Assembly: GCA_038496445.1 (NCBI GenBank)
Contig: JALMLS010000042.1
Span: 1-64,000 of the forward strand
Origin: Trichosphaerium sp. ATCC 40318
Lineage: Eukaryota > Protista > Tubulinea
Reading direction: 5' to 3'
DNA: 64,000 nucleotides
Shown in pieces: positions 63,745 through 64,000 of the stretch; position 1 is the stretch's first letter, and each line of letters begins with the position of its first letter. Both the position numbers and the translations under genes were made by a program. The notes below the pieces were generated by a model, which was given only the letters and a program-made list of their open reading frames with translations, did no database searches and was not told the origin of the DNA.

Positions 63745-64000
63745 ACTTATCTTTTTGCTGTTTTATTGATGTATTGTCACTCTAGTATATCCAGCGACAG
63801 TATGGAACTGTTTACGCTGTGTACAAGTATAGTCGTTTTGCTATTAAGCTCCGCAATTGACTTAAGTACATGTCTTTTTTTCTTTGATTCTAATTGCCAC
63901 TTACTGGACTCACACCTATTGAATGGCGGTGTTTAAGCTTTGACTACGCTAAATAAAGTTAGACAACCGAGAACCACGTGATCCCGTTTATTTTGTTCAG

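Noticed and set aside
1-64000. U12-type (ATATCCTT/GTATCCTT) introns, rRNA and spliceosomal snRNA genes
   Set aside because: None recognised by eye at the junctions and intergenic regions I examined; this was not an exhaustive search.

Overview
AT-rich (roughly 35% GC by eye), gene-dense eukaryotic nuclear DNA, most likely a protist. It uses the standard genetic code and has many short (mostly 40-70 nt) spliceosomal introns (GT[AG][CTA]GT donors, CTAAC-like branch points, frequent AAG acceptors), so the ORF track fragments most genes. I spliced about 27 protein genes by hand; coordinates are whole-gene spans including introns. The first 1.6 kb is repeat-rich with TTAGGG-type repeats and looks subtelomeric. 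Main find: a circularly permuted tRNA-Glu(CUC) gene on the minus strand (50382-50464), with the 3' part upstream of the 5' part and an unusual junction at 41/42 inside the anticodon stem. Other highlights: a myristoylation-motif LOV-SAM-PAS photoreceptor candidate whose LOV and SAM exons are absent from the ORF track; a box C/D snoRNA cluster including an snR63/SNORD46-type guide; a 1.3-kb TIR element with a 5-bp TSD; a U2AF35 with Asn at the Ser34 position in a genome rich in AAG acceptors; a SAM-GTPase-RING-RING-kinase protein; a bacterial-type SMI1/KNR4 protein with an NLS-like tail; and strong over-representation of CACGTG. All calls come from reading the sequence; no searches were run.
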